A DNA stretch of 28,698 bases from Gloeobacterales cyanobacterium (GTDB taxonomy: Bacteria > Cyanobacteriota > Cyanobacteriia > Gloeobacterales > PMM-0068), in the NCBI GenBank assembly GCA_038245785.1, contig JBBRSB010000041.1:1-28698 (forward strand), given 5' to 3'. The position numbers were made by a program, and so were the translations under genes. The notes beneath the pieces were generated by a model that had not been told where the DNA came from, did not search any database, and saw only the letters and a program-made list of their open reading frames with translations. This document shows positions 26,575-28,698 of this stretch, one piece after another. Position 1 is the first letter of the stretch, and the number at the start of each line of letters is the position of its first letter.

Positions 26575-26790
26575 CAAAGAAAAAAAGAGAAAAAAAAGAA
26601 AGCCCTTTGAGAAGCCGTCACGAGGCCCGGAAACAAAAGGCGAAGCCCGCAGGTCATTTTTCTGCCTGTTAAACTAAAAAGCCAAGAAAAATGACTGGAG
26701 CAGAAAAATGAATGCGCCCGAAGGGTTTTGTTGGAGGGGTGAAGGGACGGCTTAACTTTGATTTACTTTTTTTCGACACTTTTTTCTTAT
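26575..26790 (+). repeat. Nested inverted-repeat (branched hairpin) element
   Basis: Pairs: AAGCCGTC 26612/GACGGCTT 26746; AACAAAA 26632/TTTTGTT 26726; TCATTTTTCTGC 26654/GCAGAAAAATGA 26700; A-rich and T-rich outer arms. Confidence 0.8.
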
Positions 26791-26957
26791 TTATAGCAAC
26801 TCTCAATCACACCTAAGATGCAGCAAGGTGAGCGGAGATGGCTAAGATCATGGGGAATAAGAAGAGAATGATGCCGAATGGAAGGTTGAGTTGGTGAACT
26901 TTACTGAATTTGCATGTGGGTTTGGATCTCATATATATATCCACACAGGCCATGGCG

Positions 26958-27800
26958 CTATGGCAGTTTTGGGTGTAGTTTATCCATTTCTTTAATCAGC
27001 TCATTGAATCCATAAATCTTTTCCATATTGACATTTGCCTGTAATGCAGCACCTGTAAGATCAGGATACATTGTAAAAGCATCTATTTCTGATTCATGCA
27101 GATGAAGGAGAATCTCACTTGTTAGATTCTCATCTATAATGAACTTTTCAAGATAATCAGATTTATCAACAGATGACAAATAATCTTCAATATTATTATG
27201 TTCTAATATTTTTAAATAAGTAAAATGTGCTGATTGAGAGTTCATTCTAGATCCTATTGGGTCAATAGTGCGAATAAATTTGAATTCATCATCATTGAAT
27301 AAATTACCCCAGCAGTTTAGCTTATATATGGCGACTGGATAATTATCTATTGAAAAACCCATTTTAAATTCAAGTGATTTATAAATGTCTTCAAAAGCAA
27401 AAAATAAAGCCTTTAGTGGATTAATGGTCCAATCTAGGTAAGGTGTGGTTAAACCGTAATGTCGACCTAAGATCCACGCATCGATATCACTAATATTATT
27501 GTATTTAGAGCTAATTTTATAAAGGTTACTTTTAAATTGAGTCAGTATTATCTGACATTCATTATTATACCAAGTCGGACCATTGGCATGTTTCAAATTA
27601 ATAATTTTGTCTCCTTCAGGTGTCTTACCTATATATTCCGTAAATCGCTCCATTTTTGACCGCAATTTCCAAGAAATATCCCGTTGTCCTCGAAATAATT
27701 TAAAATGACAGCATTCGATGCCATTAGAAATATTCATAGAATTCGACTCAAATAATTTTTGCCTAAGCAGTGGCCAGGTTTCAATCCTGTGTTCTTTCAT
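26958..27800 (-). CDS. FRG-domain protein (AT-rich cargo gene)
   Basis: LFRGQ, RHYGLTTPYLDWTINPLKALFFA and RMNSQSAHF motifs, with C-terminal MYPDLTG. Confidence 0.9.
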   Translation of the reverse strand: MKEHRIETWPLLRQKLFESNSMNISNGIECCHFKLFRGQRDISWKLRSKMERFTEYIGKTPEGDKIINLKHANGPTWYNNECQIILTQFKSNLYKISSKYNNISDIDAWILGRHYGLTTPYLDWTINPLKALFFAFEDIYKSLEFKMGFSIDNYPVAIYKLNCWGNLFNDDEFKFIRTIDPIGSRMNSQSAHFTYLKILEHNNIEDYLSSVDKSDYLEKFIIDENLTSEILLHLHESEIDAFTMYPDLTGAALQANVNMEKIYGFNELIKEMDKLHPKLP

Positions 27801-27994
27801 GTTAATAAATTGACAAAAGGAAGTAATTTCTACGTATTGGGGATTGAATGACTATTTGTTTACTTTGTAGTTAAGGCTATCCATGTGATGACTTAATATA
27901 TATTCAAAGGCACCAGAATAATGGGGGTGATAAAAAAACATACATTATACAAGTCGAAAGGTACATTATTTTTAATTGTACAACCTAAAAAACG

Positions 27995-28698
27995 AAAACG
28001 GCTAGGCGTGGGGGGGGGTGAGCAGCTCATGGAGGTGAGGGAGGAACGACCGAATCCGACATGTGTTGCGGTGGGGCTGTGAAAAGCTTGGGGATGGTGG
28101 AATGAAATGAAGTGTAGCGGAATGGAGTGGAGCTGGAGCGAAATGAATGTAGCTGCTGGTGAAGCCCTCTGAGCTTTAACTTTGTAGCGGAGCGAATGGA
28201 GCGTAGCGGAATGAAGCGAAGCGCAAAAGTTGAAGCGGGGCGTGTGGCTGTGAGACGCCAAAAATGGAGGTTGTGCGTCAGCTGGCGCCGAGCAGACACG
28301 AACCTGCAGCTGCTGAATGAAGTGGAAGCGTAATGTAATGTAGCGAAGCGTAATGCAATGAAACCATAAACAAGGTTTGCAGCAGCTTGGATTGTACTAC
28401 TAAATTATCAAAATGGCTGAAGCGCGAAAGCTGACGTCGAGACGGCAAGTTAGGCGGATTTTGTGTCTAAATCTTCAAAAGATGTTGCAAAATGCTGAAT
28501 CGGTTGGTCTACGTGCGCGAGGGGCTTTGCGAAGCCATTGTGCCTGGCGCTTTTGAGCAGGTGCATGAAGCTGATGGGATGTGGGGGGAATGCTCCTGCG
28601 GCGCCTTTTGGCACTATGGCGTAGCAAAGAAACAAAGGGAACTCCTGGACATTTACTTGTATCACTATCATTCTGATCTCGTCGGCTCGTTACAATCA
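27995..28698 (+). other. Purine-skewed, structured non-coding region with GC-GNA-GC mini-hairpins and GAATG-like pentamers
   Basis: GCGGAGC 28187; GCGTAGC 28201 and 28619; GCGAAGC 28216, 28343 and 28529; several enclosing stems; only low-complexity shadow ORFs. Confidence 0.65.

Larger units (their letters stand above)
16847..28698. mobile_element. Integrated prophage- or satellite-like element at tRNA-Gly; right boundary not seen in the window
   Basis: Abrupt switch to phage head, packaging and lysis genes immediately 3' of the tRNA. No integrase or second att copy was found in the window. Confidence 0.8.

Noticed and set aside
27893..28671. Minus-strand ORFs 27893-28261, 28027-28299 and 28450-28671
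   Set aside because: The first two are low-complexity S/L/H/F/P translations that mirror the GAATG/GCGNAGC repeats, and the third has no recognisable motif. They are probably shadow ORFs of a structured non-coding region.
26530..28698. Second att site (attR) or integrase
   Set aside because: No copy of the tRNA 3' end and no recombinase ORF found by eye, so the right boundary is left undefined.
27995..28698. Group II intron or rRNA fragment
   Set aside because: I could not recognise a domain V hairpin, intron ends, an RT ORF or conserved rRNA segments; an Rfam search would be needed to exclude these fully.

Overview
The window looks like a Bacteroidota (probably Bacteroidales-like) chromosome segment, judged from gene content and several TAnnTTTG -7 promoter boxes. 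Bases 1-16.8 kb are mostly housekeeping: ndk, a DHH phosphoesterase, two FKBP lipoproteins, a 7-heme ImcH/NapC-like membrane cytochrome c, an SDR/DUF2867 protein, mntP, a CDF-like transporter, an inositol monophosphatase, mtaB, a DMT transporter, carbamate kinase plus ornithine carbamoyltransferase, a PAP2 protein and a DgkA-family kinase. Directly after a tRNA-Gly(CCC) an integrated phage-like element begins and appears to run past the right edge. Its minus-strand operon reads: small basic peptide, protease/scaffold, major capsid, portal, an internally duplicated adaptor-like protein, a fibre-like protein, an LRR protein, then lysis genes. A divergent plus-strand operon holds an HTH regulator, TerS and a PBSX-type TerL. 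No tail tube, tape measure, sheath or baseplate gene is visible, so this is a candidate tail-less capsid-forming satellite or GTA-like element. Beyond TerL, an FRG-domain cargo gene is flanked by two strand-asymmetric non-coding regions rich in nested stems and GC-GNA-GC mini-hairpins, suggesting function as single-stranded nucleic acid. All protein calls come from motif recognition only; no searches were run.
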